A DNA stretch of 64,000 nt, from positions 35,900,001 through 35,964,000 of the forward strand of contig NC_087437.1 of assembly GCF_036321535.1 (NCBI RefSeq), given 5' to 3'. The stretch is from Camelus dromedarius. Taxonomy: Eukaryota. Below the pieces are notes generated by a model. It ran no database searches and was not told the origin of the DNA. It was given only the letters and a program-made list of their open reading frames with translations. The position numbers were made by a program, and so were the translations under genes. Shown here in pieces: positions 49,760-62,100 of this stretch. Every line of letters starts with the position of its first letter. The stretch's first letter is position 1.

Positions 49760-49955
49760 ATCAATATATGTCTGTATCTCTATATCTATATGTAGACATG
49801 TATCTATATATAGTAGATTTTATATAAAGTATCTATATCTATAAATACGGATCTATAAATAGTATAGATCTATATATCTATAACTATAAACATAAATATG
49901 TGTACTATATACAGATAAATCTATATATAAATATAGTTTTATATTTTACATATAG
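49760..49955. repeat. (TA)/(TCTA) low-complexity tract
   Basis: Directly visible. Confidence 0.8.
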
Positions 49956-49959
49956 TTCT

Positions 49960-50740
49960 AATTATTGGCTTTAACTCTTAAAATATGTCTTGGAGAGCTT
50001 CCATATCTATTTAGATTGATTTCTTTTGTTAGAAGCACTTCCTAGTATTTGTTTAACATTTTGTTTATTAATACAGTGTACTCATAAAATAGTGATGTAA
50101 TGATTTTCTTGTGTTTCATTGTGAATATATGCTAGTATTTTTCTATGTTATGTAAATTATATAACAATTAAAATTTTTGCCCATGTTTAAATTTTAGGAA
50201 AAATTGGTGTTTTACATTTAGTTTACATTTACTAAATGCCCTCCAAAGATGTCCAGTTTCCATCACAGTTTCACAAGGTATGAGACTAATGATTTCCTCA
50301 AAATTCACCAATGCTATATATATTATAAGTCTCTTTATTTTGGCAATTTGAAAGTTAAATAGGACATTTCCCCCAAATCTCACCTATACCAGATATTATC
50401 AGTCTATTCATTTTTGAAACATAAATGTTAAAAAATATTTGTCACTTTAATATTGTATTCTTGATTCTTTATGAAATAATATTTTTATATATTTATTGGT
50501 CATTTATGTTTCCCCTGCTGTGAGTTCGTTGGTTTTTATCTGTTGCATATTTTTCTTAAGCTCTCTAGTGTTTCCTTATTAATTTCTTGGTACTCTTCAT
50601 ATATGTTATATTTTGCCACCATTTTGGGTATTGCAAGTACTCCCAATCTGTCACTTTTCTTCTAATTTAGTTTACTGCATCATTGTTATTACAATTTAAA
50701 TCTTTACTAATATTCATCAGTGATTTTTCTTATTTCCATA
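49960..50740 (-). mobile_element. Old L1ME fragments
   Basis: 'aatatgtcttggagagcttccatatc', 'atatttattggtcatttatgtttcc' and 'ttgcaagtactcccaatctgtcac'. Confidence 0.6.
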
Positions 50741-51479
50741 TAAGCTGCAATAATTAGAGAAAGAAACCTTAATCAAAATTAACTTTATGTTCATTAAAAT
50801 TAAAAATAAAAACTGTTCCATACTTAAATAAAAAAGATTAAAACTGAAAAAAAACTAAAAACTGTTCTAGAAGAAAATCAAATAGAATGACTATCCTACA
50901 ATAAAGGAAAACAATATAACCAGTTATTGGCCTTAACCAAATGCAGACCCTGGAGAGAATTTTTAGAGAAAACGGGACTGAAGCCAAAATGAATGAAAGA
51001 GACAGGTGTTTGTCTACATCTGCTCCCATTTGTGATGGCTAAGAGACAAGACCTGTGATTCTAACTTTGTCTTATAATTTTACGTGTACAGGTCTTAGAA
51101 ATGTAAATACACTGAACTCCCTCAAGTTTGAGTTCAAACACCAAAAGCAGTTAAAGTTTGTATTTAAAAATATAGCACTATTAAATAAGAGCTGTAGTGA
51201 TGTTTAAATGGTTCTTTTAGGATTTAAAACACTATGTACTTGGTCACTAGATACCTGATTTATGGATGCTAAAAATATACTTTTATCTTGAAACTCTTGT
51301 AGTCATGTGCATCAGTTGGTGGACTTGTGCTAATGCAAAAAATAGAAAAGGAAAGTATTTGCTGAGATAACTGAATTCTGATTTAAAATATACCAGTGAT
51401 TTTCTTGGGACTTTGAAAAGAACTCCTACAAATTATTTAACAAAAATTAGTTTTCTTCATATTTAGAATTTAGCATATT

Positions 51480-51700
51480 GGATAGAAACATGGTCTTGGG
51501 CAGGGGTGAATCTCTTTTATGATTATGCCAGGTCTGCTATGAAGGCATGTTGTTTAATCTTCTAATTCTTACCCTCCTATTTGTGAAATGAAGATAATAA
51601 TGACTTACATCCTAGGGTAACTCTGAGGATTCATCAAAAGATATGTTAGGCACTTAGAGCAACACCTGCTGCATAATAATAAATGTATATTTATTAATCT
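51480..51700 (+). mobile_element. MIR SINE
   Basis: 'tttgtgaaatgaagataataatgacttacatcctagggtaactctgaggatt...gcacttagagcaacacctg'. Confidence 0.75.
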
Positions 51701-53399
51701 AACATTGGTCCTCTTAATTTTTAGCTACAATATTTAAAAGACAATTGCTTTGAAAGCTATTTCTATTAATTATAAAATTCCATTTGGTCATTGACAAACT
51801 TCTCAATGTCTTCTGATGAACCAAAGCTAAAGATTAAGGAAATAAAGAATCATCATGATTAGATTAAATGGATATGAATTCAAAGGTCAAGTGTCAGGTT
51901 TGATAAGAGAGAAATTCATAATATTTCACTTAGTTTTTAGTCAGTTTTATCAGCTTTGGCAGAATTAGACAATTTCGTTCTTGTCTTGGTACGAATAACT
52001 AATTTAGTAATTAACCTAACTGTAACAGTATATTAATTGAAAAATCGACATACAAGTGGCTTTTGACTTTCCTCTAAAACCTCAAATTTCAAAGTGACTA
52101 AAACATCTGTCTCACCTGAAAAAAGTAACTTGGGTCAATTCTGAGTGAAACGTGTTCCAGTATTATAACAATGAAAGAAATCATTGAACACTAAGATAAA
52201 GCATATTGCAATCCTACATTTGGTCTTAATTAGTACCTGAGTAAGACAGTTAAAAGCTTATCAAAACTGACTTGGATGTATTTTCTATTTTATCCTTTTA
52301 TTTATGTTTTTGGAATTTTTTTGTTTCTAAGAAGTTATACTCTTTCCATGGGGTATACATTAGAAATAATTTTGGAGATAAGATTGTGTCAGAAGACTAG
52401 AGGAAAATGGCTAATAATGCATGTCTCCAACTTCCTTATGCAGTAGTCCCTGAGCAATAACTTTGTGAGATCTCTGCTATCTAAGAAGGAAACAACCTGG
52501 TTTTAGTCACTTACACCAGAGCTGTACGCTATCCCCTCAGAGGGCTGGGGAATGTAATGTTACTGTGTGTACAGTGCCTGGCATCACACGTGCAATTATT
52601 TCATTCCTCCAGTGAGGTTTGCAGACTTGAAACAACGTGACTCTTGGGTGCATAGTTGAGATCTGTGGAGGGCTACGGGGACTCTTAACAGTTAAAAGGA
52701 ATAGAGGAATAAGATTGTGGAATAATGTGCCTTGATAAGAAGTCTGAATTGAAAACACACCGATTTGAAGAATCAGAGGAGAAAAAGTTAACAGCAATTG
52801 GAGTAAAAAGAAATCTTTTGAGCAAGAAGGTGATTTCTTAAAACTCTTCAGGGAAATTCTTTATCAGGAAAAGAGAAGTCTGTCTTTGAGGATTTAGGAG
52901 GAAAAGAGTTATAAAATGAGACCTGTGATTCTTTTCACTGATTTCTATTTATTATTGCTAGTAGAAGAAGCAAGTGATAAGAAAACTACAAATTCTGGGA
53001 AGTAAAAAGAATGAAGCCACGTGTAGCTGGGTCCATGGCACAGTAGTTTCAGGGTAATTTTGTGTTACTTGTTTACCTATTTGGGTTCTACCAGGTGGAA
53101 CGATTCATCTTTACAGAAGTATTTGTGTGCATCATGTTTTATAGTCTCTTCCTTTATCTGAAGTCTTCTGTGATTTTGCTCTTCATCTGACACCTTCTTT
53201 GCTTTGAACAGGGAAAATACAGCAGGACCCCCTTAGATCTGGAAGGGTAAAATTTCAACAAGTGGAGAATCTCAGCAAGAATTCTTGCTTTTGGACAAAC
53301 TAGGGCTTTTATAACATTATCATAGTTTATTCAGGTGAAAGTGGAGACTAAAGTAGAAGTCTGACTTCAGAAGCTTTAGAAAAACAAAGGAGGTAGCTT

Positions 53400-53877
53400 G
53401 TAACACTTAGTTGGAGACATGTGGCATAATCAAATTTTAAAATGAATGGAGTTTAATAAAGGAATTATTTATGAAGATGTAGCTGGGATTAATGGGGACT
53501 ATAAAGGGTTGACCTAAATTATCTGGAGCTTCAACCATCTGTAGGCTTCAGATACAACTGGAGGGAACAGTCCCTGAGACTGAGAAAGAAGAGGTATAGC
53601 TCTGAGGGTTGCATGACCTCCCTGACAGAAGCTGTGGCCTTTGGTAGAGACCTGTGCCAATCTCTTAGGAACCTTCAAGGAGGGAGGAGGTGGGAATATG
53701 TTTTTTCCATGTCCTCCAGTCTCTAGCAAATGATAACCAATGATTAAACCATACTGGAAGCCAGAGGGCAAGAAAGCCCTTTGACGAAGTCCCTGGAGTT
53801 AGCTCCACATGGTACAGAGAAGAGTGGTGGACAGTGGCAAGTGGATCTTAAGGGGCCCAGAGAAAATATCTAGGACA
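53400..53877 (-). mobile_element. LTR33-like ERVL solo LTR
   Basis: 'gagtttaataaaggaattattt', 'cctgacagaagctgtggcctttggtagag', 'ctggaagccagagggcaag' and 'gtggatcttaagggg...atatctaggaca'. Confidence 0.85.
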
Positions 53878-54125
53878 TATGAAACCAAATGTCCAACATA
53901 TACAACCAGGATACAGGATTGTTTAAGAAATGTTTTTTTCTGTGGTAAGTACCCTTGTGTTGAGAACACAAAGGTGAGACAGTCCCTGCCCTCTTTGGAG
54001 CTCATATTCTAGTGTATATTTTTAATATAATGTGCATATGTATGTGTGTATGAGCACTTGTATCACTGACTGGGTTACATATACATGTGCGTAGCTACAC
54101 TGACATAGGATCTTAGAATATACAC

Positions 54126-54436
54126 TTTTTTATTTGAAGTACAGTCAGTTACAGTGTGTCAATTTCTGGTGTAGAGCACAATGTCCCAGTCATGCATATA
54201 CATACATATATTCATTTTCATATTCTTTTTCATTAAATGTTATTACAAGATATTGAACATAGTTCCCTGTCCTGTACAGAAGAAACTTTTTTTTAATCTA
54301 TCTTTATACAGTGGCTAACATTGGTAAATCTCAAACTCCCAAATTTATCCCTTCCTACCCTCTTTCCCCGGTAGCCAGAAGATTGTTTAGTATGTCTGCG
54401 AGTCTGTTTCTGTTTGGTAGATGAGTTCATAGTGTT

Positions 54437-54470
<34 letters not shown>

Positions 54471-54625
54471 TTCCACATATAAGTGATATCATATGGTATT
54501 TTTCTTTCCCTTTCTGGCTTAATTCACTTAGAATGATGATTGCTCAGTCCATCCATGTTGCTGCAAATGGCATTATTTTATTCTTTTTTATGGCTGAGTT
54601 GTATTCCATTGTATAAATATACCAC
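54126..54625 (-). mobile_element. Young camelid-type L1 3' end, 5'-truncated, with TSD
   Basis: Well-preserved L1 3' UTR and ORF2 end ('tccatccatgttgctgcaaatggcattatt'); TSD agaatatacactttt (54115-54129) / agaatatgtactttt (54626-54640). Confidence 0.92.
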
Positions 54626-55429
54626 AGAATATGTACTTTTGTGTTTTGTTTTTATCCCACAATTCCCAAGTATTCCTTTGGTAAACATAGAAGTTCACAT
54701 TTTGCCTAGAGGCAAATTGGGAGCATTACAACAATAATACAGTAGGGAAACCATGTTCAGTTTTTTTTGTTTTTGTTTTTGTTTTTTTAATTTGTCACTC
54801 AAGTAAACATGAGATATCCTCCTTGTGTGAATACAGAGGCCATTTTTGTAATGGTTGGGTGAGGTTTTTGGTAGGCTTACAAGGAACATGCTGCCTCTGG
54901 GGCCTGGTCATTAACTAGCAGAAGAATAATTTCATGTCCTGTGAAATTTGGCTCAACACCCATCAACTCTAACACATGTCAATGATCCAGAACATTCATC
55001 AGCCTCCTCTTAATTTCCCAAAACATCAGTTGAGATTCTTGAAGTACTCACAGAATAGACAGTAATGATATGGAAAGAAAAGTCCCAGATGGATAATGTA
55101 GACAGGAATGTGAGAGTTTAGACAGGTGTGTGAGAGGGTATATGTGATTGGTCAAGTATCTGTCGGTGATGAATACCTGGCCCACCTAGAGTTCTGGAGG
55201 TTGTAATCATACATATAATTCAATTATTAGAACTGTTTGAACGTATTCCTTTTTACTAATTGTCATGTTCCTAGAAAACAGCCTCATTATTCTCTTCATA
55301 TGAATTGATTTGACATTAATCCAAAAATAATAATTATGTCTTTTTATATTTATTTTTCAGAATTTATTGAAAACAAAGAAGTCTCCCATTGCTACAGGGA
55401 AAGGAACAATTTGGAGGTTTTTGGAGAAC

Positions 55430-55570
55430 CCACAATTAAATTCATATTCTGACTTTGATCATTGCTACCTTTGCAGCTTTAGGTAAGTTACTTAACTTTC
55501 CTAAACTTTCCTTTTTTGTAGTTTTAAAGTAAGGGTAATAATGGCAAACGTGCATGGATATTGGAAACAT
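55430..55570 (+). mobile_element. MIR fragment
   Basis: 'ctttaggtaagttacttaactttcctaaac...taaagtaagggtaataat'. Confidence 0.6.
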
Positions 55571-55824
55571 TAAAAGAGCGAGAAAATCTCCTAATCCTAT
55601 CATCCTGCCATTCTTCCTTTCTACTGACCCTCACCAATCTGGTCATATTTCCTTGGGCACTATCAAACAGACTGACCAATGGTATAATTTTCTCCATTTA
55701 TCCAGTTTCAGATTGCCTGTAAATGTATTCTGTCATTCCTAAAAACCTCAGCAAGTTAGAAATATTAAAGCTTGAATGGATTTAAAGCTTTGCCCCGTAC
55801 TTTTCTGCCTCTCTTCTTGGTTCG

Positions 55825-55883
55825 CATCCTGAAAACAGAAAATATTGTCCACATCCTGAAAACAGAAAATATTGTCCACATCC
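55825..55883. repeat. Perfect 27-bp tandem duplication
   Basis: catcctgaaaacagaaaatattgtcca x2 (55825-55851, 55852-55878) plus catcc. Confidence 0.97.
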
Positions 55884-56837
55884 CAATGTAATTTTTTTTT
55901 CTCATCTTCCTTTCTGACACAAAACTAAAGATGCCCAGGCTCCTTCTGCTTGCTGTCAAACTAATGATGCTTTATAAACACAGCCAGTCTTGAAGAAACT
56001 CGAAGCCTAAAATGAAATTGGTACCTCCCTACTCATGTCTAAATAAGGGGATACAATGTAAAATACAGCACATTGGACCTCAAATCCAAGATTACTTAGG
56101 CAGATTAATAGAAGGGAAAAAAACCAGAATATTTGTTTTATTGTTAATTTCACATCAGTGTTATAGATAATTTATTCCACAAAAACTGGAATGTGAAATT
56201 TACCCATACCATTGTCATGAGAATTATGAAATTAATGACTTAAAAAATAACTTTATAAATACTGTCATGTATGGATATTGGTAACTAATACTGGAAATGA
56301 CAATGAAACATTAAACTCTTAAGTAAATTCCAAGGAGGAGCTGTATAATACGTTATTAAATATTACTAGTTTCCTGAAAACTTTATATGAAGTACTTGTT
56401 CCAGATTCTTTAAGAGCAAACAAATCCCTAACTTGTCCTCCCAATGTGGTATTTCTGAGAGCATTTTTAGACACCTGAAACAATATTAAATTCATCACAT
56501 TATATTAAGTCCAGATGAAGAATTCTTATTGTCCAGTTAATTATTATTGAGAAACTTACCTTTAGAAGAAGTAAGACAAAGAAGCAAAGGATGATTGTAA
56601 ATGTAGTATGATTTCAATATTTGGATAAGAATAGTCTTAAACAGTAGCACTTATAAATGAATACTTATACTATGTGAAAGAAGTAGGGAAGAGAGAGCTA
56701 ATTTTCAGATATTTAATAGTTATTTATACACACATTCACACATGCACACCCATATTTATACACCTACATATGTAAAGATGTATTTGTGTAAAATGGAAAA
56801 GGTTTAGAGAAAATTTATTAATTCATTTTTCTCAGCA

Positions 56838-57006
56838 ATGAGTGGGTATAACTAATAATACCAACTTTCTGGTTTTGATGTTATACTTTAATCATGAGAT
56901 GTTATCTTTGGAACAGGCTGAATAAGAATATACAGGACCTCCTTGAACTTTTTTTTTTGCAACGTATAGTGAATCTTTGATTACTTCAAAATAAATGTTT
57001 TTGAAA
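56838..57006 (+). mobile_element. L1MC/MD-like 3' terminal fragment
   Basis: 'tttctggttttgatgttatact...agatgttatctttgg...ttttgcaac...gtgaatct...ttcaaaataaa'. Confidence 0.65.
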
Positions 57007-57593
57007 ATGGGATAATGTACTAAAATGCTTTTTTTTTTTAATACAAAGAGCATTTAGAGGGAAATTATGCTGTGGTTTTGAAAGCACGATGGTACTAAAT
57101 GTGAGTTAAAATGTACCAGTTTTTACAGGAACTCAATTTGACCATATGATTTTACATAGGAAGTAAAGGATCAATAGGAATTTTAAAAGCCTTTCTTCTA
57201 TAGAAATGGAAAATTGCTTTTATTCAATTACCTGGAGTTTATGGGTATAATCATCTAGAATTTTATATGGGAAGCATGGTAGAAATAAATGAGAATATTT
57301 AATTTCTGAAACTGCATGTAAACATATCCTAGAGAAAACTTGAAAGAGGATTCTTCTTTGAATATAAAGTCCATTTTGATTATATAACAATATAATGAAT
57401 TATTTTCTTTTGAGTCCACTAAATATCTTAATTCTATACAGTTAAAATATCCAGTTATGTTCATCTGAAATCCAGGGCAGTATGTATTTCTCAAGATGAT
57501 ATTTTCATATACTTCAGCACTATAAAATTTTTGTTATAATTAGTTTACTAATTCATAAAAACAGTGAAATATCTCTTAAAATGATCTGATAAA

Positions 57594-57712
57594 AGATACA
57601 AAGTACTATATATAAAAAATATAAACAACAAGGTTCTACCATATAGCACAGGGAACTGTAATAAATATCTTGTCATAACCTAGAATACAAAAAATATGAA
57701 AAGGAAAAAAAG
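57594..57712 (+). mobile_element. Artiodactyl/camelid-type L1 3' UTR fragment
   Basis: 'ataaacaacaaggttctaccatatagcacagggaactgtaataaatatcttgtcataacct'. Confidence 0.8.
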
Positions 57713-58789
57713 TAAGGAATTTAGTTTCCATGAAAAACAATTTGAAACATAGCAGAGACACACTTTAAAATTATTAAAGAATGAAATAAAATTGCATAGA
57801 TTCAAGACATTCATTTACTTTCTAAATAAAAATTAACAAATATGAAATAAAATCTTATTAATATACAAACAAAGGTAATATTTTTTACTTTTTGATGAAA
57901 TTTTTTTCATGTCAATCTGGTCCATTAGTATAAAATAGAGGTTGTAAGCTATGTGAATTAGTGATTTTTCAGTCCATACCTGGAAAGTAGGAGGATTTCC
58001 AAGATGTACTAGAAGAATAACATAAGTATATTATGGAAGAAAGAGCTATTGAAATAGACTAGGTCATTTATATAATCTCCTTTCAAACTATTAGCTGTGA
58101 TTTCTCTGTCTACTGATTTCTGCTCCCCAGTAATACATTACCAGGGAAACATTGGCTTTAATTCATGTTTTCTCTTTATCACTCCACTCTGATGATCCTG
58201 GTTAAAACAGAAAATTCAATCGATAAATTTGATTGAGTCACTTGAACAATTCCTCCTAGTTTCTTTTGGGATTTTCAGTTCACTCTGCTTTAAAAAGTAA
58301 CAGCATTTCTCCACATAAATGGCATTTGGGCAACTTTGGGAACTTAAGTAGATATTAATATGTAAGAAGAGTTGGAAAGAACAGCAATTGAAGTGCTGAG
58401 ATAATTCCCATCAGCTGCAGGGCTCAGAACTGGCTTGTATCCATTGGAAGCCTTCTGGTCCTGTGGTCTCACTGAAGGCAGCATTCTGCATATTATCTTT
58501 GATCGAGTTATGGTTGAATGATTTTGGCTGAAGATAGAACATTTCCCCACTCTTGAGAACTTTACTATTGCACTTGCAACAGTTAATAAGTAACTCATGG
58601 AGTTATTTATTTTCCTTTTAACTATGAGTTAGTTTTGAATTACAGTTCTGTGTTGAGAATTCACAATAAAAATGTTTCATTTGTAAGAATGGTAAAAGTC
58701 TATAGTATCCAGACATAATAACCCAATCCTAGTTTTGTTTTTATTTTTAAACAACAAAATTGAAACATCATCATTATAACGTATTCTAC

Positions 58790-59166
58790 TGTCTTAGTCT
58801 ACTAGGGCTGCCATAAGTAAATACCACTGATTGGTGACTTAAAAAAATTGAAACTTATTTTCTCACAGTTCTGGAGTTCAGATCTGAGGTCAGGGTGCCA
58901 GCATGGTAAGTTTCTGGCAGTCGCTGTCTTGCTGGCTCACAGATGGCCACCTTCTCTCTGTGTCCTGTATGGAAGAGAGTGAGAACAAGCTGTCTGGCAT
59001 CTCTTCTTAGAAGGGCCCTAATCCACTCATGAGGGCCATATGACCCTCAAGATTTTACCCAACTTTAATTACCTCCCAAATGCCATTTCTCCAGATACCA
59101 TCACATTGGGGGGTTAGATCTTCAGCATATGAATTTGGAAGGAATACGAATATTCAGCTCATAGCA
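58790..59166 (-). mobile_element. MaLR solo LTR (MLT1A-like), full length with 5-bp TSD
   Basis: 'tgtcttagtc...gggctgccataa...tttctcacagttctggag...taattacctcccaaa...catcacattgggggttag...catagca'; perfect TSD tctac at 58785-58789 and 59167-59171. Confidence 0.93.
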
Positions 59167-62100
59167 TCTACCATATTAGGAATCTCTAAAAAAACAGTTT
59201 TAAACAAAGAGTATTACATTTTCAGGTGTCCAGAGAGGTAAGAATGCTCAATGTTTGTAGCATTTGACAACCTTCCTAAGAGCACCATACCATTTTCCAC
59301 TGAAAATAAATGTGGTAGAGTTCATTTATTAAGGGCTTATAAGAAATTATAATATTTGCTTCCAGGAAATACTGGGAGAGAGAGAAAGTCTACCTGAACT
59401 TTACAGTTGATGAAAATAAGACTCAGAGAAATATTGGGACTTGGCCACCATAATTCTGAGACAGGGACTCAGGTTTTCATGCTGGCTTTAGGAAGACCAT
59501 GATGTTCATGAATGATATCTTACCCTTCTATAATAAAGATGTTTCCCAACATTTCTATTTTTCTCTCAACTTCTTCTTTTATAATGAGCAATGGAACACA
59601 ATTTTTGGCTGAACATTGAAAATATACATTTTTCTACATTTTACTTTTCCACAACTAATATTTTTCTTTGTTGATTGACAGTTTGGATAGTATTTCTAGA
59701 GTTATAATCATCTATCTAAAAATTTGGAGATTATAGTTTTCTAGTAACATACAATGAGTAGGTAACAAGTTTCTCTAACATATTTCACCAGAACATTTCC
59801 TGTGATTAGAAATAATGAGAAAATTCTCACTGTTCTGTAAAATTTTTTCAAAGGAGAGACAAAAATTTGAAAACCTAATTTTGATGCTGCATATTTTCCT
59901 ATTTCTTGCTTCAGTACTATCTCTGGAATTCGTTCAGATTTGTATATTTCTCTCAATATGCAAGACCTGAAATGGAACAAACACATTTCTTCAGAAGTCT
60001 AACCTAATTCAGTTCACTGAATATTTGGAATAACCAAATCAAATAGCATTTGGTTTCATATCTGAATCCATATTTGAAGTTGTGTAGCAACTTAATTTTT
60101 GTTATGCTCAAATTTTTAGCTAAAAAAGGATAATAATTACTCTAATATTTACTGTGTAAAATTGAGGCAAAGATTAAATGAATTAAATTACATATCTCAG
60201 TAGGTAGTAGCCGCATATATGATAGTATAATTAACTAATAAACTCTCTTCATTAAAATTTTAGTACTAGTTTATTTGTTATGCATGACATTTCTTTGGGG
60301 CCAGCATATTGTTATCAATTTTGAAAAGACTTAAGATTCAGAAACTTGGAGTCACAATCTAAAAATATTATTGCAAGTAAGTGAATTGATGAGTATTGAG
60401 CACATTTTAAACTTTCATTATAAATATATATATTATGAGTGAAAATAGGAATGAGAGCCAGTGTTAATGTGAACATCTACTTTCATGATGCCTTAAGCCT
60501 CTTAGGAAATTATTATTTCTAGCCTAGTGCTCATAATGATTAATGACCATAGTGAATGACTAGTCTAGTAGTTCAACTTATATATTTACAATTTCATTTG
60601 CTCAAAATCATAAGCTATCATCAGGAGGTGTCTCAGGGTTAGAAAGGGCACATAAGCCTGTCATCTACTTACATACCAGAAAACAGGCCAGAGGTTAGAC
60701 ATCCAGGCATGAGGTATCAGGAATTGTTGAGATGAGGAATTCATCTGAAGTAACCTTTCTACATTAATATTTTATACTGACATACACAAAGTGATAGTAA
60801 AGAAGCGCCAACAGATAAATGTACCTTTTTTTTTATTTAAAAGTGCTTCTCATAAATAATGTCATCAAAGGCTATATTTAATGTCTCTTCTGATCACAGT
60901 TTTCTTTATGTTTGACAGTGGCTTCTTCAAACATCAAAAGATTCTCTTTAAATTGGAGCTTAGTTCCCTATTTTTCAAACATTCATGTTTTTATATCTTA
61001 GCTCCAGTACTTAGGAGTATCCTGTACTTCAAGGATAGGCTGGTGGGGAGAATTGTGAAATGTGATTTTAAATTGATCAAAGTGGACCTATGGTACAGCA
61101 CGATGGTAATGAATTTGGAATGGGTGGAATGGGATGGAGCTTTTGGGTGTCTGAGTAACTTGTGAATTTTATCCACACCCTTCCAAGCTCATTTATAGGC
61201 ATATAAGATACATTTGCTTTGATATCTTTCCCTTTGTCCTAATAGTTCCCTAGTAAGGTTAGAGGTCGGCTGTAAAAATCATAGAGTGATTTTATTCTTA
61301 TCCCAGGGGTTCTTGAGATGCATGTGACCTGGGCAACATTTTCTGCCTCAAACAAAGCAAAACAAAAAACTGCTGAGACTTTAGGGTTTTTTGTATCATG
61401 CAGTGTGAATAATACGAAATATTAATCAAATTTGTTTAAGAAAAAAATTACTTCTAAAGGATGCCTTAAGGATTTAATATAGGAATTTTGGAAACCATTG
61501 ATATTTCTACAAGTAGTTATGCTAATGGAACAGAATAAAACTAGACATGACTGGTTAGTAACTAATATTTTCTGGTATTAGTATGTATCCAAATATCTTG
61601 ATGCTTGTGTTTTGTCCTGGCCAAGGAAATTTCCAATTAATTGAGAAATTCTGTGATGTAAAATACATGAGAAATTAAATGCAAGTTTTTAAGTCTACCT
61701 GGTATTTACCTGTGTGACATCATGGAGGGTTTGTCAAACAAATGGTATTTGTCCTAATGGAGTAATAGTTAAAATTAATACATTCTTAGTTGGAAAAAAA
61801 TTAAGGAAATTAAAATCCTTAAAGATGATTCTTGGACAATACTTGATGCCAGTAGAGTTGTGAGCCACCTGACAGCTTATTGGATGACTAGTTAACTGCT
61901 GCAGCCTAATCTGAAGTGTATTTTTGTCTCTCTCTTTCCATTGTAGAGTGTAAATATTAGAGAGCTATAATTAGGAGGTTAACATACTCTATTCTAAATT
62001 ACATCTGTTATTAAATAAGCTTTACTATTTATAATTTTTGTTTTTTCCTTGGTCTTTATAATGATACATTTAGTTTTAAGAAAGAATATTTAATTAGAAT

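Noticed and set aside
52720..52840. Protein-looking frame MCLDKKSELKTHRFEESEEKKLTAIGVKRNLLSKK
   Set aside because: Short, bounded by stops, no convincing splice sites; explained by purine-rich composition.
56555..61750. Scattered minus-strand AG...GT mini-exon candidates (~56560, ~57980, ~61700)
   Set aside because: No consistent reading frame or recognisable peptide; expected by chance in 64 kb.
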